This document shows positions 18,549-27,904 of a DNA stretch of 64,000 nucleotides, piece after piece; the stretch's first letter is position 1; each line of letters opens with the position of its first letter. A model generated the notes under the pieces. The model was given only the letters and a program-made list of their open reading frames with translations, ran no database searches and was not told the origin of the DNA. The position numbers and the translations under genes are program-made. Source of the DNA: a bacterium (GTDB lineage: Bacteria; Patescibacteriota; Saccharimonadia; UBA4664; JBBRNT01); contig JAYUFZ010000010.1 in the NCBI GenBank assembly GCA_043767845.1, positions 7,182 to 71,181 of the forward strand, in the 5' to 3' direction.

Positions 18549-19901
18549 ATGGGTACTATGAAGACTCGTCTCGCCATCACTGTCGCCAAACTGGCTCGCC
18601 ATAGTTCCAGACTTATTGGCCGTGGTGACGGCTCAGCACTGCCGGGGCTGGTGGCGGAACGAATTGACAACCAGATACTGAGTAAGCTCGGAGCTGAGCT
18701 AGACCAAGGTTCGATTCTCATCACTGGCACAAACGGCAAAACAACTACGGCTAAGATGATACGGGAGATAATGGCTGCTTCGGGATACACTGTGGTGGCT
18801 AACTCGGCCGGCTCAAACCTTCACCGTGGTGTAGTATCGAGCCTGATAGCAGGCGCTAAGGGCAGCAAAAAGTTGGGAGTATTTGAGGTTGATGAAGCAG
18901 CGATGGCTAGTGTCGCTAGGGCCCTGCAGCCCAAACTGATAGTCGTGCTCAATCTGTTCCGCGACCAGCTTGACCGCTATGGGGAACTGGATACCACGGC
19001 TGCATTGATTGGTAGAGCGATAGCCGCCACAGAGGCCGAGCTGTGGCTGAATGCTGACGACCCCTTAGTCGCCAGCCTTGCTCAGTATGCTAAAGCTGGC
19101 AAAGTTCACTACTTTGGTGCCAAGATTGATTATCGCTCCGCGCTGAAGCACGATTACACCGCAGATTCGGTACACGACCCAAAAACTGGTAAAAAGCTTG
19201 AATACTCACGGGTGTACTTCGGTCATTTGGGACAATATAGCGGCCAGCCCAAACCCGATATCATTCTTACCGCTTATCGACCCAGTCAAACAGCAAGTCA
19301 GCTTGAGTTCCAGGTCAACGGTAGCTCACTGTTAGTCAAGCTGGCTCTAGCTGGTCTCTATAACGCCTACAATGCCCTGGCGGCTGTGGCAGTTTGTGCC
19401 GCCATTGGGAGTAGCCCTATTCAAATTGCCAGCTGCTTGAATGGTACAAAAGCGGCTTTTGGTCGTATTGAGCGCTTTGACCTGGACGAAGGGCAAATAG
19501 TGCTCCTGCTTATTAAAAACCCCACTGGTTTCAATCAGATAATCGAATCCTTCTTGTTGTCGAAACAACAACAGAACGTTGCAATTATTATCAACGATAA
19601 CTATGCCGATGGGCGCGACGTATCCTGGCTGTGGGATGTGGCTATCGAGGATTTATCTAGTAGGAGGCATAAAATACTAGTTGGTGGTCTACGAAAATAC
19701 GACATCGCTTTAAGGCTCAAGTACGCCGGCATCGATTCGGACATTGGTGGGGATGATGACTTTACAAGTGTCACGAAGCATTTCCGGCAGATGTATAAGG
19801 GTGAGGTGCTCTATGTGCTAGCAACCTACACCGCAATGACCTCGATTCGTAAGCGCCTTGCTAAGTCAGTCGGACGTGGCCGGGCAGGGGAGGAATTATG
19901 A
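18549..19901 (+). CDS. murT: Lipid II isoglutaminyl synthase, Mur-ligase-like subunit MurT
   Basis: Mur ligase central domain ILITGTNGKTTTAKMI; C-terminal DUF1727-like region; ATGA-coupled to a CobQ-type GATase (GatD). Confidence 0.8.
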   Translation: MGTMKTRLAITVAKLARHSSRLIGRGDGSALPGLVAERIDNQILSKLGAELDQGSILITGTNGKTTTAKMIREIMAASGYTVVANSAGSNLHRGVVSSLIAGAKGSKKLGVFEVDEAAMASVARALQPKLIVVLNLFRDQLDRYGELDTTAALIGRAIAATEAELWLNADDPLVASLAQYAKAGKVHYFGAKIDYRSALKHDYTADSVHDPKTGKKLEYSRVYFGHLGQYSGQPKPDIILTAYRPSQTASQLEFQVNGSSLLVKLALAGLYNAYNALAAVAVCAAIGSSPIQIASCLNGTKAAFGRIERFDLDEGQIVLLLIKNPTGFNQIIESFLLSKQQQNVAIIINDNYADGRDVSWLWDVAIEDLSSRRHKILVGGLRKYDIALRLKYAGIDSDIGGDDDFTSVTKHFRQMYKGEVLYVLATYTAMTSIRKRLAKSVGRGRAGEEL

Positions 19902-20617
19902 AGCAATCTATAACTATCCTGCACCTCTACGCTTCCGAAATGAACATCTACGGCGATCTTGGCAACATCATCACTCTTAGCAAGCGACTAGAGTGGCGGG
20001 GCATCGAAGCCAAGGTGCTGAGTTTGGGTATTGGCGATGAGATCCCTTGGGGCGACGTGGATTTAGTTTTTGCTGGTGGTGGCCAGGATCGAGGACAGAT
20101 CGCCGTCGGTGTGGATTTGCAGTTGAAATCGACTGCTCTGGGGCAGGCTGCCGATAGTGGTTTACCAATGCTAGTAATCTGCGGCAGCTATCAGCTGTTT
20201 GGGCATAGTTTTCTGCCAGCTGAAGGTGATGAAATCAAAGGCATTGGTATTTTCTCGGCCCATACTGTCGCCTCAACTCAGCGTATGATCGGCAATGTGG
20301 CTATCGAAAGTCCATGGGGCGAGCTTGTTGGCTTTGAGAACCATAGTGGTAAAACCTATCTTGACCCAGAGCAGGCGGCATTTGGCAGGGTAGTCCGCGG
20401 CTTTGGCAATGATGCCTCAAGCGGCTTTGAGGGCGCTGTCGTAAAGTCAGTTTACGGAACCTATCTCCACGGCCCATTACTCCCCAAAAATCCGCGTTTT
20501 GCTGACCATCTGTTGCAACTGGCGGTTGGTCGGAAGTACCCTGGAACTATTCTCGCCCAACTCGATGACAGTCTGGAAAACGAGGCCTATGTCGCCGCCA
20601 GATTGCGACCCCTGTAG
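19898..20617 (+). CDS. gatD: Lipid II isoglutaminyl synthase, glutaminase subunit GatD (CobB/CobQ-type glutamine amidotransferase)
   Basis: LVICGSYQLFGHSF (catalytic Cys) and a later H-containing motif; 239 aa; overlaps murT by 4 nt. Confidence 0.8.
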   Translation: MKQSITILHLYASEMNIYGDLGNIITLSKRLEWRGIEAKVLSLGIGDEIPWGDVDLVFAGGGQDRGQIAVGVDLQLKSTALGQAADSGLPMLVICGSYQLFGHSFLPAEGDEIKGIGIFSAHTVASTQRMIGNVAIESPWGELVGFENHSGKTYLDPEQAAFGRVVRGFGNDASSGFEGAVVKSVYGTYLHGPLLPKNPRFADHLLQLAVGRKYPGTILAQLDDSLENEAYVAARLRPL

Positions 20618-20654
20618 ACAAGAATCTATGACTGGATTATGCTTATGCTAAATC

Positions 20655-21998
20655 ATGTCTACAGCCGATTCTCAACATTCTAATAATGCACTGAAACCAA
20701 TAGCCGTTGTCCGTAAGAAGGCCAAGGGTCTTGGCCGCTTTTTAAAGATCCTGGGGCCAGGCATTATAACTGGTGCAGCCGATGATGATCCATCGGGCAT
20801 AGCTACTTATTCCCAGGCTGGAGCCCAGTTTGGTATGCAGCTTCCCTGGACTATGCTTTTCACGCTGCCGCTTATGACTGCTGTCCAGGAAGCGTGCGCG
20901 CGGGTAGGGGCAGTGACAGGCAAGGGGCTAGCAACCACGATTCGTGAACATTATCCGCGCAAGGTGCTATACCCAGTTGTAGCCTTAGTGGTCGCTGCCA
21001 ATACCTTCAATATTGGCTCAGACATTGGTGCCATGGCAGCGAGTGCAAAATTAGTGGTTCCTATGGTACCTTTTACAGTACTTGCCATTGTCTTTGCCCT
21101 GGCGATGATTGGCCTCGAAGTATTGGTGAGTTACCAGACCTACATCCGAATACTGAAGTGGCTAGCCGTGGCACTTTTCTCTTATTTTATCACAGCCTTC
21201 CTGGTACAAGTACCATGGATTGATGTAATTAAGACAACATTCGTGCCTCATCTCGAATTTAATAAAGAGTTCTTATTCATTATTGTCGCTATATTTGGTA
21301 CAACAATTTCTCCATATCTTTTCTTCTGGGAAACCAGCAACGTAGTCGAAGATGAGATAGCTGAGCACCGTTTGTCGCAGGAAGGGGGTAGGCCGAGGCT
21401 TACCAAGCCTTACTTACGCCGGCTTCGAATCGACAACTTCGTAGGGATGCTTTTTTCAAATGTTACGGCTTGGTTCATTATTGTCGTCGGCGCCGTGGTG
21501 CTCAACTCTCATGGTATTACGACAATTAATTCAGCGGCCGATGCTGCCAAAGCCCTTGAACCATTGGTACATGGCTTTCCTAACGCCGGCTTCCTAGCCA
21601 AGCTCGTTTTTGCGATTGGTGTAATCGGTATCGGACTACAGGCGGTGCCGGTACTGGCTGGGTCCTCGGCATATGCTATTTCCGAGACCTTCAGCTGGAA
21701 AGAAGGCTTATTTAGAAAGTTTAAAAAAGCCCGCCAGTTTTACTACGTCATTATTGCCGGTACGCTTATCGGCTTATTGTTTAACTTTATCGGCATAGAC
21801 CCAATAAAAATGCTTGTTTTGACAGCTGTTTTTAATGGCATTGCTGCTGTGCCACTCATATACTTCATCGCTAAAATTTCTAGCCGTGACGATGTCATGG
21901 GTGAGAATGCCAGCGGCCGCTGGTCGCGGCTTGGTCTTTGGACGGCCTTTGGTGTCATGGCGGTTTTTGGCGTAGCTCTGCTTGTTTCTTTCTTATAG
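20655..21998 (+). CDS. NRAMP-family divalent metal cation transporter
   Basis: GPGIITGAADDDPSGIATYSQAGAQFG N-terminal Nramp motif; about 11 TM helices. Confidence 0.8.
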   Translation: MSTADSQHSNNALKPIAVVRKKAKGLGRFLKILGPGIITGAADDDPSGIATYSQAGAQFGMQLPWTMLFTLPLMTAVQEACARVGAVTGKGLATTIREHYPRKVLYPVVALVVAANTFNIGSDIGAMAASAKLVVPMVPFTVLAIVFALAMIGLEVLVSYQTYIRILKWLAVALFSYFITAFLVQVPWIDVIKTTFVPHLEFNKEFLFIIVAIFGTTISPYLFFWETSNVVEDEIAEHRLSQEGGRPRLTKPYLRRLRIDNFVGMLFSNVTAWFIIVVGAVVLNSHGITTINSAADAAKALEPLVHGFPNAGFLAKLVFAIGVIGIGLQAVPVLAGSSAYAISETFSWKEGLFRKFKKARQFYYVIIAGTLIGLLFNFIGIDPIKMLVLTAVFNGIAAVPLIYFIAKISSRDDVMGENASGRWSRLGLWTAFGVMAVFGVALLVSFL

Positions 21999-22144
21999 TT
22001 CGGCGGCCTGAAAATGTGCTCAAAAACCCTTAATACTTTTCGTGCTCAGACAAATGTATTCAGGTCTGTTGGAAATGGAGTAAGTTTGCTATAATTCTAG
22101 CCAAAGAGCGTATCTGTTAGTCAGATATGTGAAGGGAGCAAAGT

Positions 22145-22846
22145 ATGTTCGATCAACTATTTGGTTCAAAGACCCGTGTCAAGCTGCTGAGCTTGTTCTT
22201 AAATAATCCCGAACGTCCTTTCTATGTCCGTGAAATAACTCGCAAAATCGATGAGCAAATTAATTCGGTGCGTCGCGAACTATCGAACCTTTTGTCGATC
22301 GGTATTATAAAGTCGGACAGCGCCAACAATAAACTGTATTATCAAGTAAATCCGAAGTACCAATATTACCCAGAATTACGAAAAATATTTAGCACTATTC
22401 CGATTAAAAACAAAGCAATTCGTGAGACCAAAGAAGAAGACCAAATCGCTACTAAACTGCGGGCTACCGGCTCCATTGAGCTGGCTTTCTTGACTGGTAG
22501 TTTTGTGCGGGAACCCTATGTGAGCATTGATATCCTGGTGGTCGGCGACGTGAACCGCGCCCGGGTGGCCAAAGTAGTCGCCGAGCTAGAGAAAGAAATG
22601 AGCCGCGAGATTAATTACGCGATATTCACCCCCGACGAGTATGCTTATCGAACAAATCTCAATGATCGTTTTCTAGCTACCGTCTTGGATGCCAAGCGCA
22701 TCATGCTTATCGATAGTAAGAATGAGCCGGCGGCAGTGCAGGAGGTAGCCTTGCCCCAGGACGTTGATGATTTCGAGGCCGAGCCCTTAGCTGTGCCACG
22801 AGTAAGTCTTGGTAGTGATGATAATTTAGTGGAGGATGAGTTTTAG
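22145..22846 (+). CDS. Winged-helix DNA-binding domain fused to a minimal nucleotidyltransferase domain
   Basis: N-terminal ArsR/winged-helix-like region; C-terminal GS...IDILVVGD (NTase fold). Confidence 0.5.
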   Translation: MFDQLFGSKTRVKLLSLFLNNPERPFYVREITRKIDEQINSVRRELSNLLSIGIIKSDSANNKLYYQVNPKYQYYPELRKIFSTIPIKNKAIRETKEEDQIATKLRATGSIELAFLTGSFVREPYVSIDILVVGDVNRARVAKVVAELEKEMSREINYAIFTPDEYAYRTNLNDRFLATVLDAKRIMLIDSKNEPAAVQEVALPQDVDDFEAEPLAVPRVSLGSDDNLVEDEF

Positions 22847-23451
22847 TGGATATTAGCTTTTTAGGTGGTTCAAGCGTCAAGCTGAACGGCCGCGGTATTT
22901 CTGTGTTGGTTGACCCACCTATGGGGAGTAAACTTTCTGGCGATGTCGTTTTATTGACCAATCCGGAGTTGAAATTCCCGAGCAGTAAGAGCCTAATGGT
23001 TATCGATGGACCAGGGGAGTACGAAGTACGCAGCAGTATGATTACCGGCCTGCCGGCGAAGCTGCACATTGATGAGACCGGCCAGCGGGGGACAAGCTAT
23101 GTCATCGAGATCGATGATGTCACGGTTGTGGTGCTAGGAAATATTGCGCCTACTCTTACCAACGACCAAGTCGAAGCCTTTTCTGGCGCTCACATACTCG
23201 TAGTGCCAGTTGGGGGACATGGTTTAACGCTGGATGCCGGTGGCGCGCTAGAGGTTATAAACCGCCTTGAGCCCAATTATGTTGTGCCAGTGCATTACGA
23301 TGATGGGAAAACGGTTTATGCCATACCTCAAGATAAGCTTGAACTCTTTTTGACCGAAATAGGTTCGGCTCCCGAACCGGTAGCTAAGCTCAAGGTAACG
23401 GCCAAAGAGTTGCCTGAGGAGCCAACGGTCGTCGTCTTATCGTTGAGCTAG
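22846..23451 (+). CDS. Metallo-beta-lactamase-fold-like protein lacking the HxHxDH motif
   Basis: Resembles UPF0173/MBL-fold hydrolases, but the expected His motif is replaced (LLTNPE). Confidence 0.35.
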   Translation: MDISFLGGSSVKLNGRGISVLVDPPMGSKLSGDVVLLTNPELKFPSSKSLMVIDGPGEYEVRSSMITGLPAKLHIDETGQRGTSYVIEIDDVTVVVLGNIAPTLTNDQVEAFSGAHILVVPVGGHGLTLDAGGALEVINRLEPNYVVPVHYDDGKTVYAIPQDKLELFLTEIGSAPEPVAKLKVTAKELPEEPTVVVLSLS

Positions 23452-23467
23452 AACGACGTGAAGCGTA

Positions 23468-23500
23468 TTAAAAAACTCCCCGATAGGGGAGTTTTTTAAT
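23468..23500. terminator. Bidirectional intrinsic terminator
   Basis: aaaaaactcccc-gata-ggggagtttttt. Confidence 0.8.
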
Positions 23501-23510
23501 ACGGGCCAAG

Positions 23511-23741
23511 TTATTTGGCGGCTACAGCTGATTCGGTAGCGGCTTTTGCGTCCTTAGCACTGTACTTGGCGAGAGTGCGCAAACAGCCAGTGCAGATCTT
23601 CACCTGCAGGCGTGTACCTTGGACTTCCAGGGTTTGGCGCTGCAAATTTGGCTTCCAGACCTTATTGGTCTTGCGCTGTGAGAAGCTGACATTGTTTCCA
23701 AATTGTTTGCCCTTGCCGCAGATTTCGCAAGAATAAGCCAT
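23511..23741 (-). CDS. rpmB: 50S ribosomal protein L28
   Basis: MAYSCEICGKGKQFGNNVSFSQRKTNKVWKPNLQ matches L28; C-terminal CxxC. Confidence 0.85.
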   Translation of the reverse strand: MAYSCEICGKGKQFGNNVSFSQRKTNKVWKPNLQRQTLEVQGTRLQVKICTGCLRTLAKYSAKDAKAATESAVAAK

Positions 23742-23990
23742 AAGATACCTGAATTTAACCTAGCAATGGTAGCAATTAACAGGGTAATTGTCAACGGGTC
23801 GGGCGTGAATCATCAATTATGAATCACCAGGCATGTGATCGACAAAGAATTGTCATGCTGAACTTGATTCAGCATCTTCCGATGTGATCCTATAGTCCTC
23901 GCCACAGTCATCAATATTCTTGATAACTCTGGTGAGGACAGCGTGAGACAATTGCTATTCTCGACCCCCGGTTGAACCGGGATCATGGTG

Positions 23991-24761
23991 TTATTTGGGG
24001 CAGGGCCCGGCGACGAGTCGCAAGGTGGACCACATGCCGGCGTCATTCGGCGCAACGCCATACTGGGTAGCCTCGGTGTAGACCTCAGTTGCCTTGGTGT
24101 TGCCAACGTCGGCGACTCCGATCGCTGGGTAGCCCGTGATGGCGTTGGGTTCTTTGAGCTGGGTAACAACACCGATTCCTGTGATCTCCATGCTCGACAT
24201 GATGGCATTGTTGCCCTCCATGGGGCAAACGACCATTCCAGGTTTGAGATCGTTCAGCTTTAGGGCGTCGGCATAGGCTGGGTGCTGGTGACCCGAAGGG
24301 ATGCCATATTTGGCATAGTCCCCGGCGTTTTTGAGCTGGATGCGTCCCTCGCCAAAGGAGTTGAATTCCCCATGGGAGGGCGGGATGAAGGTCCAGATGT
24401 CGGCGTCGCTGCCTTGGTAGAACCAGCCGAAGCGGCGGGTTCCGTCGCAGTACCCGGAGAAGCCATATCCTAGCGGAGCATGCTCATTGATGAGCGCATC
24501 CTCGCCACTGGTGTGGATGCTGGCACAGTCCTGGGTGGCCTGCTCCTCGGGGGAGCGGTAGACCGTTGTGACCGTTTCGGAGTAGATGGTGGTCGGAGGG
24601 GTCAGGCGCTCAACTTCTTTCTGGAGCGACTTGATCTCCCGCTGCTGAGTGGCAGACTTGCCTTCGAGGCGCATGATAGTTTGGCCATGCGAGTACTGGG
24701 TGATGGACAAGATCGCTGTTACGAGCAGGACTGCTACGCCGGCGACATAGGACTTCTTCAT
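23991..24761 (-). CDS. Secreted/anchored hypothetical protein (signal-anchor MKKSYVAGVAVLLVTAILS); start set at the ATG with SD AAGGAGA
   Basis: ORF-track start 24890 is upstream of a strong SD/ATG at 24761; N-terminal hydrophobic segment, then a coiled-coil-like stretch and a Gly/aromatic-rich C-terminal domain. Confidence 0.5.
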   Translation of the reverse strand: MKKSYVAGVAVLLVTAILSITQYSHGQTIMRLEGKSATQQREIKSLQKEVERLTPPTTIYSETVTTVYRSPEEQATQDCASIHTSGEDALINEHAPLGYGFSGYCDGTRRFGWFYQGSDADIWTFIPPSHGEFNSFGEGRIQLKNAGDYAKYGIPSGHQHPAYADALKLNDLKPGMVVCPMEGNNAIMSSMEITGIGVVTQLKEPNAITGYPAIGVADVGNTKATEVYTEATQYGVAPNDAGMWSTLRLVAGPCPK

Positions 24762-25107
24762 TTGAATAGTTCTCCTTGCGTGGTGGGTCGGTTGAGTTGG
24801 TTTTGCCTTCACGGGTACAAAATTGCACCAATAAAGGCGAAACCAACGGCGACTGCCGCGCAGGGGGTGTCTCACGCTGTTAAGATACAACCTTCTTCAG
24901 ATATTAACCTGAATAAAGATCACGCGCACTATATTAGCATAAGTATTATGGTATGTCAAGTTTACTTCGAGAAAGTTACTAAAAAGGGGCTTCTTAAATA
25001 TATACCCCTCAACGAAGGTATTTACCTAGATCTGGTGTCCCTTGTTGAATCACACGACTTGCAAAGGCAATCTGCATACATCCGCCTTTCAATGGTAAAA
25101 TAAAACT

Positions 25108-25740
25108 ATGATTCTATCTTTTGTGTATTTAATAGTGGCCTACATCATGGCCATCACTTTCCATGAGTTTATGCATGCCTACACGAGTGATAGGCTTGGG
25201 GATGGGACGGCCAGGAGCCAGGGGCGGATCAGCCTGAATCCTTTTGCCCACGTCGACCCCTTCATGACACTGCTTTTGCCTGCATTACTCATCATCGCGC
25301 ACTCACCGGTCATCTTCGGCGCGGCCCGTCCAGTGCCGTTTAATCCTTGGGCGGTGAAGGGTGGCAAGCGGGGAGTGGCGCTCATTGCTGCTGCCGGCCC
25401 GCTTACTAATCTATTTGTGGCCGCCTTTTTCGCCCTCTGGCTGCGCTTCGCACCAGTTTCTGCCAATCTGGTAGAATTTTTCGTCAAAATAATCCAGGTA
25501 AACGTCGGTTTCTTCGTTTTTAACCTGATTCCATTTCCACCCCTGGACGGCTCAAGGTTACTCTACGTAGTGGCACCAATTGGGGTTCGAGATGTCATGG
25601 ATCGCATCGAGCGAGCCGGCATGATGGCACTCTTGCTCTTCATGTTCATTGGCGGCCCCTTACTTAGCCCGATCATCGGCCAGCTAGTTGGCTCGGTGCT
25701 CAGGTTCTTGATACCCGGGCTCACCAGCCTGAGTGGCTAG
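25108..25740 (+). CDS. Site-2 protease family (peptidase M50) membrane zinc metalloprotease
   Basis: HEFMHAY (HExxH in a TM helix) and NLIPFPPLDGSRLL (LDG motif). Confidence 0.75.
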   Translation: MILSFVYLIVAYIMAITFHEFMHAYTSDRLGDGTARSQGRISLNPFAHVDPFMTLLLPALLIIAHSPVIFGAARPVPFNPWAVKGGKRGVALIAAAGPLTNLFVAAFFALWLRFAPVSANLVEFFVKIIQVNVGFFVFNLIPFPPLDGSRLLYVVAPIGVRDVMDRIERAGMMALLLFMFIGGPLLSPIIGQLVGSVLRFLIPGLTSLSG

Positions 25741-25906
25741 AAACTGGCCCTGTCTTGAAGTATAATGAGCCTACTCTGCATCGTTCGTGTAAGGCTGCCA
25801 ATTTTTCTCTGTTATATTCTTATCGGGAGTTCTAGATTGTCTGGCACCTTGGTGCTCAGATTGCGGACACCCACCTGTCATCTTGGCAGGGAAAGAATGG
25901 GTGGCT

Positions 25907-26581
25907 ATGACGGCGATGCGGAGCTGCAATTATTTTGGAGTCGGTATGTATATTATGGGTTTATCGAAGGGGCTCGGCGCAGTCAAACTGGCCATCGATG
26001 AAGGTATACTGCCAAACCGACGATTAGCTTTCGTGCCAACCGCTGCCCATACAGCAAAGAACCCGTATTGGGTGGAAGAATCCCGGGTGCAGCTGACCAC
26101 GCTTGGGCTAGATCTTTTTGAATTAGATATACATCAGCTCACGAGAGAGGAGTCGCTTCAAATACTTGATGATGTTGACGGCATATACTTCGCAGGTGGT
26201 AACACTTTCTTTTTACTGCAGGAACTGCTTGCTAAGGATCTTGTTGCTGATCTAGTAGGCCGCGTTCGTTCAGGATTCCCATATTTCGGTGAGTCAGCCG
26301 GCGCCGTGCTACTGTGTGAGTCTATAGAGCCAGCGATTCCTCTCGATGATCCTAGCGATGCGCCTAAACTTACCCAATACGCCGGGCTGGGGTTAACTGA
26401 TTTCTTCATACTGCCGCATGTTGACCGGGAAAAGTATCGTGATTTAATGGCTCAGTTCGTAGTAGATAATCAAGCTAGCCTCCAGATAGTTCAGATAGGC
26501 GATGCTCAGGCTGTTATCACTCGCGATGGCAGTAGCTACGAGATTGTGGATTCCATCCTTGTCGAATCGGCTAGCAAATAG
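25907..26581 (+). CDS. Peptidase E-like (S51 family, type 1 glutamine-amidotransferase fold); start uncertain (TTG 25883 / ATG 25907 / ATG 25944)
   Basis: GIYFAGGNTFFLLQELL matches the S51 GGNT motif; a Ser/His are present in the conserved GESAG...H context. Confidence 0.65.
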   Translation: MTAMRSCNYFGVGMYIMGLSKGLGAVKLAIDEGILPNRRLAFVPTAAHTAKNPYWVEESRVQLTTLGLDLFELDIHQLTREESLQILDDVDGIYFAGGNTFFLLQELLAKDLVADLVGRVRSGFPYFGESAGAVLLCESIEPAIPLDDPSDAPKLTQYAGLGLTDFFILPHVDREKYRDLMAQFVVDNQASLQIVQIGDAQAVITRDGSSYEIVDSILVESASK

Positions 26582-26640
26582 GCCGTATAGATTATACGGT
26601 GTAGTTTCAGAGTAATTCGAGTATAATCTACTGGTGGTAT

Positions 26641-26716
26641 CGGGGTGTAGCGCAGTTGGTAGCGCGTACGGCTGGGGGTCGTGAGGTCGCAGGTTCGAAC
26701 CCTGTCACCCCGACCA
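26641..26716 (+). tRNA. tRNA-Pro (anticodon GGG), CCA encoded, C1-G72
   Basis: CGGGGTGTAGCGCAGTTGGTAGCGCGTACGGCTGGGGGTCGTGAGGTCGCAGGTTCGAACCCTGTCACCCCGACCA; anticodon loop CTGGGGG. Confidence 0.85.
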
Positions 26717-26758
26717 CACATAAATAGTAAAAGTATTTACTATTTATGTGTGGTCGGG
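26709..26758 (+). repeat. Perfect 23-bp hairpin that includes the last 8 nt of tRNA-Pro(GGG); followed by a GGAA-tetraloop hairpin and a degenerate second copy (26805-26850)
   Basis: cccgaccacacataaatagtaaa-agta-tttactatttatgtgtggtcggg; then ggctcGGAAgagcc; copy 2 gtatttactacttacatgtggtcggatctcGGAAgagat + agtgaactat. Confidence 0.7.
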
Positions 26759-27080
26759 CTCGGAAGAGCCGGTATCTGATTATTCGACCTTCTAGGCGGT
26801 GGACGTATTTACTACTTACATGTGGTCGGATCTCGGAAGAGATAGTGAACTATATGGTTTGCTCAACTGGTCAGTATCGCCAGGCTTACATACTCTGACA
26901 TCTGAGCATTAAAACAAACAAATACATTTGAAATCTGCTAATTGATCGTATGTAAGCCGAGCCAATCCAAGGAGGCACCACCTAAAGGGGCCGACTGAAT
27001 GGCGAGGCTAGAGGAATAACCACATATAAGCTGGAATCCCCGCACTGGCGGGGAAGCAAGCTGAAATGTGGTTATGACGA

Positions 27081-27156
27081 CGGGGTGTAGCGCAGCTGGT
27101 AGCGCGCGTCGTTCGGGACGACGAGGTCGTGGGTTCAAGTCCCGCCACCCCGACCA
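27081..27156 (+). tRNA. tRNA-Pro (anticodon CGG), CCA encoded
   Basis: CGGGGTGTAGCGCAGCTGGTAGCGCGCGTCGTTCGGGACGACGAGGTCGTGGGTTCAAGTCCCGCCACCCCGACCA; anticodon loop TTCGGGA. Confidence 0.85.
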
Positions 27157-27215
27157 CGGAAAAGGGCTCGTAGAAACGAGTCCTTTTCCGTGGTCGATGC
27201 CGGAAGGCATGGTGA
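27152..27215 (+). repeat. 15-bp-plus perfect hairpin overlapping the tRNA-Pro(CGG) 3' end, then atgccGGAAggcat hairpin and a GGTGAACTAT motif (same module as after the first tRNA-Pro)
   Basis: cgaccacggaaaagg...ccttttccgtggtcg; atgccggaaggcat; ggtgaactattac. Confidence 0.65.
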
Positions 27216-27364
27216 ACTATTACTAGCCCAAAGAGGACTGATCCTTTTGGCCAACAAAGCGTAGTGTAACCATAGATTCTTGTGATCACAAGGGCAGTGT
27301 AAACCCGTGATATCTCGAAATCGGCCTAAACTGCTATAATAAACCCAAACTAACCGAGAACTCC

Positions 27365-27904
27365 ATGGTCACCATCATCTTCGAAGCTCACGGCACCACC
27401 TACGACAACGAAGCCCACCTCTCATCGGGATGGAATGACGTTGAGCTGTCGCCACTTGGTATGAAGCAGTCTGGCGAAATGGGTGATAGATATAAAGATA
27501 CAAATTTTGATGTAATATTCACATCGGATTTACAACGCGCTAACCTGTCGGCTAAGATTGGGTTTGTCTATCGCGATTTTCCAATTATTGCCGATGAACG
27601 CTTACGAGAGTGCCATTACGGAGAATTAACCCAGCATCCAAGTAAGGAAGTCGACAGTGAAAAGCCAAAACGCATCACAGAGCCATTCCCCGGTGGTGAA
27701 AGTTATGAGCAAACTGGCGAGCGGATGAAAAGCTTCTTGTCTGACCTTTTGCGGGACTATGATGGCACGAAGGCCATGATCATCGGTCACCGTGCAACCC
27801 AGTACGGGCTTGATCACTGGATTAAAGGCCTTAGTTATGAAGAGATCATTGCTGCTAAATGGTCTTGGCAGCCTGGCTGGACTTATGAGTTGGGGAAGTT
27901 GTGA
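27365..27904 (+). CDS. Histidine phosphatase superfamily (phosphoglycerate-mutase-like) protein
   Basis: IIFEAHGTTYDNE...SPLG.KQ resembles the RHG motif region (Ala in place of Arg) and a downstream His motif (IIGHRAT). Confidence 0.55.
   Translation: MVTIIFEAHGTTYDNEAHLSSGWNDVELSPLGMKQSGEMGDRYKDTNFDVIFTSDLQRANLSAKIGFVYRDFPIIADERLRECHYGELTQHPSKEVDSEKPKRITEPFPGGESYEQTGERMKSFLSDLLRDYDGTKAMIIGHRATQYGLDHWIKGLSYEEIIAAKWSWQPGWTYELGKL

Noticed and set aside
25765-26001. 78-aa ORF 25765-26001 (+)
   Set aside because: It overlaps the 5' end of the peptidase-E-like gene in another frame, has no motifs, and is likely part of the promoter/UTR.
26938-27289. ORFs 26938-27210 (-) and 27008-27289 (-)
   Set aside because: They overlap tRNA-Pro(CGG) and its hairpin module and are Arg/Pro-rich antisense artefacts.
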